A stretch of DNA of 64,000 bases. Source: a virus (lineage: Duplodnaviria > Caudoviricetes). The notes beneath the pieces were generated by a model. That model was not told the origin of the DNA. It did no database searches and saw only the letters and a program-made list of their open reading frames with translations. Below, piece after piece: positions 1-11,100 of the stretch. The translations under genes were made by a program, and so were the position numbers. Where the stretch lies: positions 6,374 through 70,373 of IMG/VR virus record IMGVR_UViG_2974703886_000001; one strand, written 5' to 3'. Position 1 is the stretch's first letter. The number at the start of each line of letters is the position of its first letter.

Positions 1-932
1 CGATCTACACCCTGGAGAAGCGGCCTGACGGCACGTACCGCTGGTGGACGCCAGAGGAATGGGTCGACCTCAGCTACGACGGCAAGTTCAAGATCCTCGG
101 CCACGAGGCCCACGACTACGGTCTGGTGCCGTTCGTCCGGTACAAGAACCAGATCGACCTCGAGGGCCACTGCTGGGGTGATGTCGAGCCGATCATCGAC
201 TTGGCTGCCCGCATCGACAAGACCGGCTTCGACCGGCTCCTGGTGCAGCACTTCAACAGCTTCAAGGTCCGCTGGGCCACCGGCCTGGAACAGCCGGACT
301 CGGAGCAGGAGGTCGAGCAGGAGAAGATCCGGATCGCCAACGAGGACATCCTGATCAGCTCTGAGGCCCAGGCCCGGTTCGGCACCCTGGACGAGACCCA
401 ACTGACCGGCTTCATTGAGGCGTACAAGTGTGACCTGGAGGCGTTCTGCGCCGTCAACCAGCTCCCGCCGAGTGTGATCGGCCCCATCGTGAACGTCGCG
501 GCTGAGGCCCTGGCGGCGGGCAACCGGCAGTCGGTGCTGAAGCTGACCGAGAAGCAGGTCATGATGGGCGCTTCTCACAACCAGGCGCTGCGTCTGACCG
601 CCCTGATTGAGGGCCGTCTGGACGACGCGAACGACTTCTCGGCGAGCGTCACCTGGCAGGACGTTGAGGTTCGCTCGCTGGCTCAGGTGGCCGACGCCTG
701 GGGCAAGATCGTGGACCAGCTTGGTGTTCCGAAGTGGGCCGCGTGGGACAAGATCCCCGGCGTCACTCAGAGCGAGGTCCAGGAGTGGAAGAACCACGCC
801 CTCGACAACGATCCGCTCTCGGTCTACCTGCGCGACATGGGCATCAAGCCCGCTGGCCAGAACGGCGGTCCTGGTGGCCCGAACACAACCCGCAACCAAC
901 CCCGAGTCTCTGAAGAGGAAGCCAATGTCTGA
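1..932 (+). CDS. Portal protein (SPP1 Gp6-like), 5'-truncated by window edge
   Basis: Frame is open from position 3 (IYTLEK...HDYGLVPFVRYKN). The H-x-x-G-x-V-P-x-V motif and position before head genes fit an actinophage portal. Confidence 0.85.
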   Translation, partial: IYTLEKRPDGTYRWWTPEEWVDLSYDGKFKILGHEAHDYGLVPFVRYKNQIDLEGHCWGDVEPIIDLAARIDKTGFDRLLVQHFNSFKVRWATGLEQPDSEQEVEQEKIRIANEDILISSEAQARFGTLDETQLTGFIEAYKCDLEAFCAVNQLPPSVIGPIVNVAAEALAAGNRQSVLKLTEKQVMMGASHNQALRLTALIEGRLDDANDFSASVTWQDVEVRSLAQVADAWGKIVDQLGVPKWAAWDKIPGVTQSEVQEWKNHALDNDPLSVYLRDMGIKPAGQNGGPGGPNTTRNQPRVSEEEANV

Positions 933-2035
933 TGGCGCTGAAACCACTCGATGCTGTCGCGACGTATCTCGCCCTGAGGCATGCACAGGACCAAGACGAG
1001 ATAGCGAATCAGCTTGCTGTGGCGCTGTTTCCGCTGTGGCAGATTGTCCGTTTCAACGACCTCGATGCGTCGGTTGCCCTGTGGCTCCCGGCAGCACTGC
1101 CACGGATTAGGACGGCGTACCTGCAGTCCGCTCGTGTGACTGCAGTGTTCGCCCAGAACCTCCGGTTCGCCGAGCTGGCCACGGAAGAGCCATTCCCGCT
1201 TGAACTTCCGTTGGTCGAGCAGCCGCAGAACATCACCCCGCTGTCGTTCGAGCTGCCTGAGCTGCCGTCGATTGACGAGCTGCTGGCACGCGAAGAACCT
1301 GGGCCGGCCCAGACTCCTGAGCCGCGTCGGCCCAGGTCAGAGCGGCAAAAGCCGGTGCAGGTGGTTCCCGAGTTCGATGTCGACCGGGTGGCCCGCGAGC
1401 TGCTGAACGAGGCGAGCTACAAGACCAAGGCGCAGATGCCGGGTCCGGAGCAGGAGTTGATGCACAACGCCCTGGTCCGGACCTCGGGCACTGCGGTGCG
1501 GGAAGCGATCAACGGCTCACGTGACGTGAGCGACAACGTGATTCGCCTCGACCGCCGCGCTGTCGGGTACGCCCGCGTGACGGACGGCAACCCGTGCTAC
1601 TTCTGCGCCCTCCTGGCCAGCAAGGGAGCGGTGTACACGAAGGACTCGTTCAAGAAGGCCGACGCGAAGTACAAAGCGAATCCCCGTGGGGCCAAGAACC
1701 TTCCAGCGGACTTCATCCCGGCGAAGGTTCACAACAACTGCCGCTGCTGCCTGCGGCCTGTGTACTCCAAGGAACGGGCCATGGACGAAGAGGCGTTGTT
1801 CTACCGCAAGCAGTGGAACGAACTGCACAAGCGACTGAAGAACCAGAACCTCACCACCAAGCAGATGGTCGCCGAGTTTCGCAAGGTGTACCAGCCGTTC
1901 GAGCGGCAGGAGCCGGACCTGTCTGAGGTCCAGGCCGAATTGCAGGAGCGCCGTCAGAGCCTCCTCGACGCCGGGTTCCATCCCGGTTCCCCCCAGGTCG
2001 TGTGGGCAGAGCGCACCGCGTCTCTGATCGCCTGA
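932..2035 (+). CDS. Capsid maturation protease / MuF-like head morphogenesis protein
   Basis: GYARVTDGNPCYFCALLAS...HNNCRC Cys/His motif; lies between portal and scaffold. Confidence 0.75.
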   Translation: MALKPLDAVATYLALRHAQDQDEIANQLAVALFPLWQIVRFNDLDASVALWLPAALPRIRTAYLQSARVTAVFAQNLRFAELATEEPFPLELPLVEQPQNITPLSFELPELPSIDELLAREEPGPAQTPEPRRPRSERQKPVQVVPEFDVDRVARELLNEASYKTKAQMPGPEQELMHNALVRTSGTAVREAINGSRDVSDNVIRLDRRAVGYARVTDGNPCYFCALLASKGAVYTKDSFKKADAKYKANPRGAKNLPADFIPAKVHNNCRCCLRPVYSKERAMDEEALFYRKQWNELHKRLKNQNLTTKQMVAEFRKVYQPFERQEPDLSEVQAELQERRQSLLDAGFHPGSPQVVWAERTASLIA

Positions 2036-2115
2036 CCGATTCATCCATCCCAACACACGAACACAGTTCGGAAGGCGTACGCACGGCCTAAAACAGTGCG
2101 GGAGAAGGAATTATC

Positions 2116-2778
2116 ATGCCCGAGATCACTGGTACTGGAGCAGAGAACACCGCCCCCGCTGAAGGTGTGGAGAACACCGCTGGCTACGACGACGGTGATT
2201 CTGGTGCCGATGAGTCGGCGAGCACCCCGGCCTGGTGGCAGTTCTCCTCGAAGGAGGACGCCGAGGACTGGGCCAACCAGATCGTCACGAAACGCCTTGC
2301 GCGAGAACGGAAGAAGTACGAACGAATCGAGCAAGAGCATGCTACACTGAAGTCGGAGGTTGAGGAACTGCGCCCGCTTCGCGAGGCGACCCTCACCGAC
2401 ACCCAGCGCTGGGAAGAGAAGTTCAAGGCTCAGGAGCAGGAACTCCTGGCCCTCCGTGAATTCAAGGCTTCCCGCGAACGTGATGACCTTGTCCGCGAGA
2501 TTGCGCGGGAGAAGGGGCTTTCCGACCGGTATCTGAGCCGGGTTCGGGGAGATGACGCCGACGAGATCGCGGCGGACATTGATGATCTGCTCAACGTCCT
2601 GAGTGAGGACGGTCGCACCACCACCAAGCAGCTCAAATCGCCTGCTCCGAAGGAGCGAAAGAGCGAGTCTCGCAAGCTGTTCCAGGGCGGTGGTCATGAA
2701 GACGAGGACGACTACGACCCGAAGAAGATCGCTGAGTCGATTCCTCTTTTCGGCACCTCGCCGTATATCCGCCGCTGA
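2116..2778 (+). CDS. Scaffolding protein
   Basis: Acidic coiled-coil protein (RLARERKKYE), RBS AAGGA, immediately before the capsid gene. Confidence 0.8.
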   Translation: MPEITGTGAENTAPAEGVENTAGYDDGDSGADESASTPAWWQFSSKEDAEDWANQIVTKRLARERKKYERIEQEHATLKSEVEELRPLREATLTDTQRWEEKFKAQEQELLALREFKASRERDDLVREIAREKGLSDRYLSRVRGDDADEIAADIDDLLNVLSEDGRTTTKQLKSPAPKERKSESRKLFQGGGHEDEDDYDPKKIAESIPLFGTSPYIRR

Positions 2779-2832
2779 GGCGAATTCAGCTCTCCTACAA
2801 CGAGATTCACACAAGCAAAGGGATAACGACAA

Positions 2833-3975
2833 ATGGCACACGCCTTCGTCAAGCCTACTGCGGTTGTGGACACGGCTATCCAGATCCTGCAGCGCGAGAT
2901 TGTGCTGCCGCGTCTGGTCTGGCTGAACGGTTTCGATGTCGCTGGCAAGTACAACGACACCGTCTCGATCCGCGTCCCGGCCCGCACGCAGGCGCACACC
3001 CGTCAGCTCCGTGGCACAGGTTCGGCCCGTAACCTGATCGCGAGTGACCTGACCGAATCGAAGGTCGATGTCACGCTGACGGATGACGTGTACAACCTCG
3101 TCGTCCTGACGGACGAAGAGAAGACGTTGGACATCCGCGACTTCGCTCGCGATGTTCTGGCCCGTCAGGTGCGCTCCGTGGCCGAGCAGCTCGAAGACGG
3201 TCTCGCTGCGACCATCGAGGGCGCTCCGTATACCCAGGTCCACAACGCTGAGGCCGACACTCTGTACAACGCCGTTGCGTCGGCTCGCCGCCAGCTCAAC
3301 GACGCGTACGTGAGCCGCCAGGGCCGCGTGCTGATCGTCGGCTCCGCCGTCGAGCAGGCGCTCCTGGAAGACGACCGCTTCAGCCGGTACGACTCGGCTG
3401 GTGAGGGCGCGACCTCCGCTCTGCGTGAGGCCCGCATCGGTCGCATCCTGGGCTACGACGTGATCGTGGTTGACGCGATCCGCCACGGCGATGCGTTCCT
3501 GTACCACCCGACTGCATTCGTGATGCTGTCGCGTCCGCCCGCCCCGCCGATGTCGGGTGCTGACCGCGTCTCGGCTGTTGCTGCCGAGGGTGGCCTGGCG
3601 CTCCGCTGGCTGGGTGACTACGACCCGACGATCACCAGCGACCGCTCTCTGGTCGACTGCTTCGTGGGTTACAACATCGTGGAAGACCCGAACGGCGTTG
3701 GCTTCGTTCGCGCCACGAAGATCCACCTGAAGGCCGAATCGGTCGAGATCCAGGGTGACGACGAGGTCGATGTCGGCGAGAAGCTGCAGCTCCGCGCTGT
3801 CGACAGCCATGGCGACGACCGCACTGAAGACGACGACACCGTCTGGGAGTCGAGCGACCCGAGCAAGGCGACCGTGGTCGACGGCGAAGTGACCGGCGTT
3901 GGCACCGGCACCGCCATCATCAAGGTCACCGTGGACGGCAAGGAAGACACCCTCGAGGTCACCGTCTCTGCCTAA
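2833..3975 (+). CDS. Major capsid protein with C-terminal Ig-like (Big_2) domain
   Basis: Actinophage capsid N-terminus (MAHAFVKPT); C-terminal WESSDPSKATVVDGEVTGVGTGTAII Big_2 pattern. Confidence 0.88.
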   Translation: MAHAFVKPTAVVDTAIQILQREIVLPRLVWLNGFDVAGKYNDTVSIRVPARTQAHTRQLRGTGSARNLIASDLTESKVDVTLTDDVYNLVVLTDEEKTLDIRDFARDVLARQVRSVAEQLEDGLAATIEGAPYTQVHNAEADTLYNAVASARRQLNDAYVSRQGRVLIVGSAVEQALLEDDRFSRYDSAGEGATSALREARIGRILGYDVIVVDAIRHGDAFLYHPTAFVMLSRPPAPPMSGADRVSAVAAEGGLALRWLGDYDPTITSDRSLVDCFVGYNIVEDPNGVGFVRATKIHLKAESVEIQGDDEVDVGEKLQLRAVDSHGDDRTEDDDTVWESSDPSKATVVDGEVTGVGTGTAIIKVTVDGKEDTLEVTVSA

Positions 3976-3999
3976 TCCGCTTCTGAGAGGGAGGTTTTC

Positions 4000-4476
4000 A
4001 TGGCTGCCCTCGCTTCGGTGAACGAACTCGCCGTCTGGATGGACGTGGAGTTCGAGAATGACTCGCCCGAGTATCAGCGGGCCGAGTTGGTTCTGGAGAT
4101 GGCGTCCCACTGGGCACGCACCATCGCCAACAAGCCGTGGCTTTCAGCCAGTGAAGAGGGCTTCCCTCCGACGGTCAAAGGTGTAGTTCTCGCAGCCGCC
4201 CGCCGGGAGATGGAGAATCCCCGGCGGGTGGTCTACGAGGTGAAGGGACCGGAGTCCGCGTCCTACAACCAGAAGAACTACCCGCCCGGTTTCTTCACTG
4301 ATCCGGAGTACCAGTACCTGCGGTCGTTCCGCAAAACCGGTGCGCTGTGGTCACTTTCGAGCTACCGGGACGATCCCGAGATGACCATCGGTTATCTCAT
4401 GGCCGGTGAGGTGGGCAAGCCACTGCCGGTCTTCCATCCGAATGATCCCGGTTGGAAGGACTCGTATCACCTATGA
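4000..4476 (+). CDS. Head-to-tail adaptor
   Basis: MAALASVNELA...LEMASHWAR pattern, synteny after capsid, RBS GGAGG. Confidence 0.7.
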   Translation: MAALASVNELAVWMDVEFENDSPEYQRAELVLEMASHWARTIANKPWLSASEEGFPPTVKGVVLAAARREMENPRRVVYEVKGPESASYNQKNYPPGFFTDPEYQYLRSFRKTGALWSLSSYRDDPEMTIGYLMAGEVGKPLPVFHPNDPGWKDSYHL

Positions 4477-4838
4477 GAGGTCAGAGTGGCACGGTCTACC
4501 GCGCTCCCAAGCGAGACCGCCACGGAGACCCGGTGGACGAGAACGGCAATCCAGTCGAGCTGACTGGTGACGGCCTGGCGAAAGTTGGTGTCGTCAAGGG
4601 GATCATCTTGGGCGGTCTCTCGGCTTCTCCGTCGATGGAGCGGCGGGAGACTTCCGACACTACCGGTCAGATCGGTATCCCTCGCAAGCGAAATCCTCGC
4701 GTGCGGTTCGGGGATCGGATCGACATCAACGGGGTCCGCTACCAGGTGGTGAGCAACCCCGAGTGGGATTACCCCCACTACATGACCGGCACAGATTTTG
4801 GCATGTACTGGGTTTCGGTTAGGGGCGTCATTGGCTAG
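4473..4838 (+). CDS. Head-to-tail stopper
   Basis: ATGA overlap; GDRIDINGVRYQV motif; synteny. Confidence 0.7.
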   Translation: MRGQSGTVYRAPKRDRHGDPVDENGNPVELTGDGLAKVGVVKGIILGGLSASPSMERRETSDTTGQIGIPRKRNPRVRFGDRIDINGVRYQVVSNPEWDYPHYMTGTDFGMYWVSVRGVIG

Positions 4839-5193
4839 GCACCGCATGGAGGTGGACATCTACCCTGACCCGAACCCCGCGCTGACGGCGATCCTGGTTG
4901 GCCCCGAACTGAAGGCCGCTGTGATCGACAAGACGCACCAGGTAGTCGCTGTCTACACCCAGAAGTTGGCCAATCGTCCTCGCAAGGGCGACCGGCACCC
5001 CGGCAACATGCTGAGGCACACGAAGGGTGTTGTCGACATCGGCGGTTACCGCAAGGACCGCTGGGTCGGTGAGGTCTCTGTGAAGACTGCGTACGCGGCA
5101 GCAGATGAGTTGGGCCGCAAGCAGTACAACCCGTATCAGGGTTCGCACGACCTCCAAGAATCGTTGTACTCCGTACTCCCATACAGGATATGA
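4831..5193 (+). CDS. Neck / tail-completion protein (HK97 gp10-like)
   Basis: Synteny; TAYAAADE motif. Start is TTG 4831 or ATG 4846. Confidence 0.55.
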   Translation: MARHRMEVDIYPDPNPALTAILVGPELKAAVIDKTHQVVAVYTQKLANRPRKGDRHPGNMLRHTKGVVDIGGYRKDRWVGEVSVKTAYAAADELGRKQYNPYQGSHDLQESLYSVLPYRI

Positions 5194-5687
5194 GCGACTT
5201 TCTACCTGATTGGTACGACGGGGGGTACCTGGATGTCGAGGATGTCATCTGCGAGTACTTCTCTTGGCTTCTAGGTGACAGGGTCTACGTCTGTACCTGG
5301 CTCCCTGAGGACTGGTACGACCCGACTTCTGGTCAAGGCACGGAGCCGACTCTCCGGATCTGGCGGCAGCCAGGCAGGGCCGACGGTTCGCTCAGGACCG
5401 ACGAATCCCTTGTTCAGATCGCGGCCATCACCCGCCGCCGCAGTGACTCTTGGCGATTGAGTGACTTCGTCCGCCGAATGATGGATGACGAAGTGATATG
5501 CGGTCTCGGTATCCCGTATAAGGGCAAGACCGTACGCCTCGGGTCGTGCGAGGAATGGCTTGGGCCGCAACAGGTTCCTGAGCAGTTCATTGACGACAAG
5601 TTCATCCCGGTCACGTTCAAGCTCCAAGTCCGTGAGCCTCGTGGCCTGCCGAACTATCGGCAAATCGTTCAATCCCTCCCAAGGTAA
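5190..5687 (+). CDS. Tail terminator
   Basis: ATGA overlap; directly before major tail; LDVEDVI...W pattern. Confidence 0.7.
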   Translation: MSDFLPDWYDGGYLDVEDVICEYFSWLLGDRVYVCTWLPEDWYDPTSGQGTEPTLRIWRQPGRADGSLRTDESLVQIAAITRRRSDSWRLSDFVRRMMDDEVICGLGIPYKGKTVRLGSCEEWLGPQQVPEQFIDDKFIPVTFKLQVREPRGLPNYRQIVQSLPR

Positions 5688-5704
5688 TAGAGGAAAAGGA
5701 CAGC

Positions 5705-6607
5705 ATGGCTGACTTTGAGACTCTCAGGGACGCGAAGAACGACCTCGTGGTCTCACACAAGCACTTCGCGATCCTGTTCGACAAGATGAGCAACCCTGGT
5801 GTTGCGACTCTCGAAGATCCGGCCACTGGCGACCTTGAGGTTCCCGCTACCGCTGAGTCGGCTGGCGTGATCGAGAAGCAAGCCGGTGTGTCGATCACTC
5901 ACGAGATCGAATCGACCGACATCGAGGGCTACGGTGACGCCGAGCCGGTGCGGACGATCATCAGCAAGCGCACGGTGCAGTTCCAGGCGAACTTCCTGGA
6001 GACGAACCGCGTTGTGCTGGAGAAGTTCTGGGGTACCTACTTCCGCGCTGGCGACAACCTGACTGTGTCGCCGCACGGTGGCGTGACCCTGAAGACCCCC
6101 ACCCTCCCGAAGAACACCTTCTACCGCTGCTACTTGGTGGCGATGGACGATGTGGACGGCGAAGAGTTCCACCCGTACTTCATCATGCCTCGCACCAAGC
6201 TGGTGAACGTCGACACCCAGGAGTCGCAGGACGACGGTGCGGTCACCTACAGCATGACCTTCCAGGCGTTCCGCGACAAGCAGCTTGGCTTCTCGGTGCT
6301 GCAGGGTTGGTGCGGTCCCGGCTGGCGTCTGCTGATCGACAAGACCGGCTTCGTTGAGGCCCCGAACGGCATCGAGATCGATCCCGGTTCGCTGGCGCTT
6401 GAGGTCGGCGACGATGAGCAGCTCACCGTCATGGCCGACAACGGCATCAACCGGACGCCGGACGCGACCTTCGAGTCGAGCGATCCGTCGGTGGCCGAGG
6501 TTGACGCTGACGGCCTCGTGACTGCGGTCGGTGCGGGTAGCGCGACCATCACCGCTGAGTGGGGCGAGTTCTCCGACACCATCACCGTCACCGTCACTTC
6601 CCCTTAG
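5705..6607 (+). CDS. Major tail protein with C-terminal Ig-like (Big_2) domain
   Basis: Mycobacteriophage tail-tube motifs; FESSDPSVAEVDADGLVTAVGAGSATIT. Confidence 0.88.
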   Translation: MADFETLRDAKNDLVVSHKHFAILFDKMSNPGVATLEDPATGDLEVPATAESAGVIEKQAGVSITHEIESTDIEGYGDAEPVRTIISKRTVQFQANFLETNRVVLEKFWGTYFRAGDNLTVSPHGGVTLKTPTLPKNTFYRCYLVAMDDVDGEEFHPYFIMPRTKLVNVDTQESQDDGAVTYSMTFQAFRDKQLGFSVLQGWCGPGWRLLIDKTGFVEAPNGIEIDPGSLALEVGDDEQLTVMADNGINRTPDATFESSDPSVAEVDADGLVTAVGAGSATITAEWGEFSDTITVTVTSP

Positions 6608-6681
6608 TCGCCGTACCGGGTGACAACACCTTCCCCGGTGCGGGACTTTTCCCAGGAGGTGTATAGGAGGTGCATAGGTAA

Positions 6682-7164
6682 GTGGCATTCACACCAAAGG
6701 AATGGCATGACGGCCCTGAGGGTGGCACCCCGATCACTGCTGCGGAACTTAACCGCATGGAGCAGGGGATCGCGGAGGCGCACGAATCCCCTGGCAAGTC
6801 GGCCTACGAGGTCGCGGTCGAGAACGGTTTTGAGGGGACTGAGCAGGATTGGCTCGATAGCCTGAAGGGTGATCCTGGCGAGCCTGGCGAACCCGGTGAA
6901 CCCGGTGAACCGGGCGAGCCGGGTACCCCTGGCAAGTCGGCCTACGAGATCGCTCTCGACAACGGGTTTGAAGGAACCGAACAGGATTGGCTTGAAAGCC
7001 TGAAGGGTGAGCCTGGCGAACCGGGTGCGCCTGGTGAACCTGGCGAGCCTGGCCTTGGGTTCTCCCAGGCTGTGCTCAACGCCATCGCGGAATTGGACGA
7101 GTCCTCCACTATTGGCGATGTAATCGCCGCTCTGCAGGCGGACATTGACACGAGCCAAGACTGA
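6682..7164 (+). CDS. Collagen-like repeat virion-associated protein
   Basis: Two PGKSAYE..NGFEGTEQDWL.SLKG units, each followed by GEP triplets; RBS GGAGG. Confidence 0.7.
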   Translation: MAFTPKEWHDGPEGGTPITAAELNRMEQGIAEAHESPGKSAYEVAVENGFEGTEQDWLDSLKGDPGEPGEPGEPGEPGEPGTPGKSAYEIALDNGFEGTEQDWLESLKGEPGEPGAPGEPGEPGLGFSQAVLNAIAELDESSTIGDVIAALQADIDTSQD

Positions 7165-7196
7165 ACGCGTTCTTCAACGAATCTAACTGAATATGA

Positions 7197-7231
7197 CCCC
7201 CGCCCCGGTGGAGATCCCGCTGGGGCGGGGG
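7197..7231 (+). terminator. GC-rich hairpin before tail chaperone gene
   Basis: ccccgccccgg / ctggggcgggg 11-bp stem with one G-U pair; no clear U-tract. Confidence 0.4.
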
Positions 7232-7270
7232 GCTTCCACATGTCACGACAAGTTAAGGAGCAGAACTAAA

Positions 7271-7621
7271 GTGGCAGCCCGTAAAACCTCCGAGAGCAAG
7301 GAAGTCGTTGTCGAAGAGAAGGTCGTCAACGGCGAAGTGGTTCTCGATGAAGACGACGTGTGGAACGACCTGGTCACCGAGAATGTCGTTCCGCCGCTGA
7401 AGGTTCGCGGCATCGTGCTGCATCAGCCCACCAAGGATCAGGTGGACCGCTGGCGCAACGCCAAGACAGTTGAAGAGGGCGAGCGTGCGCTGTTCGGCGA
7501 TCAGTACGACGCGATTCATGAGCTTTTCTCCAATCAGCCTGAGTACGTGTGGGATAACTTCAACGTGAAGTACCTGGCCCACATGTTCGGCATCGGCGAT
7601 GTGGAGTCACTAAAAAAATAA
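7271..7621 (+). CDS. Tail assembly chaperone (G)
   Basis: GTG with RBS AAGGAG; position before tape measure. Confidence 0.85.
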   Translation: MAARKTSESKEVVVEEKVVNGEVVLDEDDVWNDLVTENVVPPLKVRGIVLHQPTKDQVDRWRNAKTVEEGERALFGDQYDAIHELFSNQPEYVWDNFNVKYLAHMFGIGDVESLKK

Positions 7622-8112
7622 TCAAGATCGTTAACCAGTTCTGGGAACCGATCTGCTGGGATTGCCAGCACCTGCTGAGCTTTTCCGCCTACGAGTACTT
7701 CCAGTGGGAGAAGATCGACTGCGACGGCTTTGTCCGTTGGCAGCGCAAGCGTCCCATGCGGGAGTTCCTCGGTCTCTTTGAACGCCTGATGAACATCAGG
7801 GGTTCTGCTACCAACGAAGCCGTTCTGCTGCATCCCGAGACCATCGAGTTCATGGCGCAGCAGAAGGATGACGGTCGTCCTCAGCCCCCACGCATTTTCG
7901 GCCACACCGTGTTGGTCGATCTGCTGATGGCGCTGATCGAGACGCAGACACACAAGCCTCTGAAGCGTCCCGTCATCCCCGGTCTTGAGTTGCGGACTAA
8001 CCGGAAAATCCTTGCCACCAAGAGTGCTGTCGAACGCGCTCAGGAGCGCGCCATGCAGAGGAAGGGTCGGTCCCGGAACAAGTCGAAACTCAAGAGCAAC
8101 AAGGGGGCCTAG
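7271..8112 (+). CDS. Tail assembly chaperone GT fusion via -1 frameshift at A AAA AAA (7612-7618)
   Basis: The -1 frame is open from 7618 (IIKIVNQFWEPICWD...) into ORF 7756-8112. Confidence 0.8.
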
Positions 8113-11100
8113 TTGGCTGGGAAGGTTCTGGTCGGTGAAGCTGCCGTCCGGATTGTCCCTACGCTCAAGGGATTCCATAGCCGCGTCCGTGAGGAGATCC
8201 GGCGGCAGCCGCACCAGATTGATGTTCGGGTCAACCCCGACTTCAAGGGTGCGAACCTCCAGATGGAACTCTGGCGGCACATCCAAGAGCAGAGAGCCGT
8301 CAATGTTCCGGTTCGCACCGATTTCAAGGGCTTCAAGAAGGATCTCGGCCAGGTCGAGCACATCTTCAAGCGAAGCTCTGTTTCGCGTGCCCTGCGGCTG
8401 AACGTCAAGGTTCTCGGTCTCGACGCGCTTCCCGCTCTGGCGTACGCAGCCGGTAACGCTACTGCCGGTATCGACGCCCTGGGCAAGTCTCTTCTCGCAC
8501 TCCCTGGTATTTCAGCCGGTGCGCTGGGGTCTATCGCGGCCCTGGCCACCGGCTTGAAGGGTATTGGCGCTGCCTTCGAGGAGGTCAGCGGCGGTGCGGC
8601 GGATCACGAGAAGTCCCTCAAGGACATCGAGAAGGCCCAGCGCGGTGTCGCACGGGCGCAGCGTGATCTGAACCAGGCGTACCGCGACTCCAAGCGTGAG
8701 ATCCAGGATCTCAACATGGAGCTGCGCCGCGCCAGCCTGGATGAAGCGGACGCGATCCTCAACATCCAGGAGGCCGCTGATCGCCTGCGTGAGGGCAACT
8801 TCAAGTCGATCACTGAATACCAGCGCGCCCAGCTCCAGTTCATCCGCTCGATTGACGACCTGAACCGTCTGCGGGTCGAGAACAACCGGCTGATGGAGGA
8901 CACGGCCCTCGCGAACGCGAAGGGTGTCGAAGGCTCCGACGCCGTCGTGGATGCCCTGGACCGGGTCACTGACGCACTGGACGACCTCGCCGAGGCCCAG
9001 AAGGAAGCGAGCAAGTTCGACTTCCAGGGCGAGGCGATGGCGCGGCTGTCGCAGAACGCCCAGGCGTTCGTGCAGGCGGTCAAGAGCGTCGGCGATGCCT
9101 GGGGCGACATGCAGAAGTCCGTGCAGGACAAGCTGTTTGCGGGCATGGACAAGGAGTTTCTGGGCTTCTCTGAGCGCATGCTCCCCGGCCTGCAGATCGG
9201 CCTGGGTCGAGTCGCGTCCGGCCTAAACAACGACATCAAGTCCATGATGCAGGCCGTCTCCAGCGACCTGAATCGCGGCTTCCTGCGTGACATCTTCGGC
9301 AACACCGAGTCCGGCCTGAACCGGATGGCCAAGGGTTTCGAGCCGCTGATCAACGGCTTGATGCGCATGGCCGCTGTGGGTTCGGACTTCCTGCCCCGGC
9401 TGGGTGACGCGTTCGACCGCGTGTTCCGCCGCTTCGACAAGTGGGTGCAGGAGTCGGAGGCCGACGGCTCGCTGAAGAAGTGGATTGACGAGGGCCTGGA
9501 TTCCCTGTCGGATCTCGGCAACGCGGTGTTGAACCTGTTCAGCATCATCAACTCCATCTCGGAGGCGTTCGCCGAGGCTTCGGGCTATTCGGGCGGTCTC
9601 GCCAACTCGCTGAAGCGTGGCACCGAGTATCTGGCCAACCTGCTGAAGACGACGCGTGGTCGGCAGAGCTTGGTCGACTACTTCTCCAAGGCAAGGGATT
9701 TCGCGAGCCAGATCTGGAACGCGCTGAAGGACATCAAGCCGTTCCTGAGTGACGTGGTCGAGATCGCTCGCCAGTGGTCGTCCTGGATGCTGACGATCCT
9801 CGGTGGCTTCACCAAGATCGCTTCGGCCCTGGAGGACCACACGGGCCTGCTGTTCCCAATCCTGTCGGCGTACATGACGTTCCGGACGGTGCGTCCGATC
9901 CTCGACGCCGTCACGACCGGCTGGAAGAACTACAAGACCATCGTTGAGGCGCTGGCCCGCTTCAAGTACACGGAGCGGATCTTCGCGCCCATCGCCAACG
10001 GTGCGGTGATTGCGTCCGGCGAGCTTCACAAGCTGGGCGGCAAGGCCGACGAGACCGGCAAGAAGGTCGGTGGCGAGCAGAAGGGCAGCTTGCTGAAGGC
10101 TGCCAAGGGCCTGGCCATGTTCATCGGGCCTGGCGCTGGCTTCATGATCGCCGTGACCGGCGCGATGTACGGCATCGACAAGCTGGGCGAATCCCACCGT
10201 CGTGCCGCCGAGCAGGCGCGTCAGCAGGAGGAAGCTCTCAAGAGCCTGAAGCGGACGCTGGACGACGTGACTGGCGCTGCCACGATGCAGACAGTGACGG
10301 AGACCTCAAAGTCGTTCCAGAACTTCATGATTCCGGGCCTTGGTGAGGTCAACATTAACCAGCGGGCGCAGCAGCTTGGCATCAACCCGAGCGAGTTGGT
10401 GAAGGCTGCCGCCGATCCCACGCAGGTGGGCCTGATCGCTTCTCTGCGTGAGGATTTGATGGAGCGCACGAAGCGCGACATCATGACGAACCCTGACTGG
10501 CTGAAGTGGCAGGACTTCTACGCCAAGGGTGGCGTGGACGCCGAGACCTTGGCCCGTGCGATCTGGGGCGAGGATGACGCGGTCAAGAAGATCGAGGATC
10601 TTCAGCAGCTCCAGGTCGGCCTGCCATTCAACGCTCCGCAGTGGATGATCGACGCCGACCGGCTGGCCCGTGGCAAGGGTGGCCGCATGCCGTCGCTGAC
10701 GGACTGGATTCAGTCGAGCGAGGCTGCCCAGGTTGGCTTCGCGTTCAGCGAGACGACCCGTTCTCAGGGCGCTCAACTGGCCGAGACCAAGGAGTCGTCG
10801 GCGGTCGCGTCTGGTTCGGCGAAGGGCTGGCAGCTCACTCCGCAGGCTGGCATGTTCAGCAACTGGCAGCCGGACCCGCAGCCGGACAAAGATCCGAACA
10901 CTAACGAGGCGCGGATCGTCCTGAACCGCAAGCCGGACAAGGCGACTCTGGATTCGTGGCAGGAGCAGGACATCTCTGGCCGGGAACTTCCCAATGGCCG
11001 CTACGAGATCACGCTTCCGCCGGACATGGCCGACGTGATGTTGGCTCCCCGGTTCAACCGTGGTGGCCTCATGGGCGGTATCGGCACTGGCACAAGCGAT

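Noticed and set aside
2041-4110. 689-aa minus-strand ORF
   Set aside because: Shadow frame of scaffold and capsid genes caused by high GC3; no RBS or motifs.
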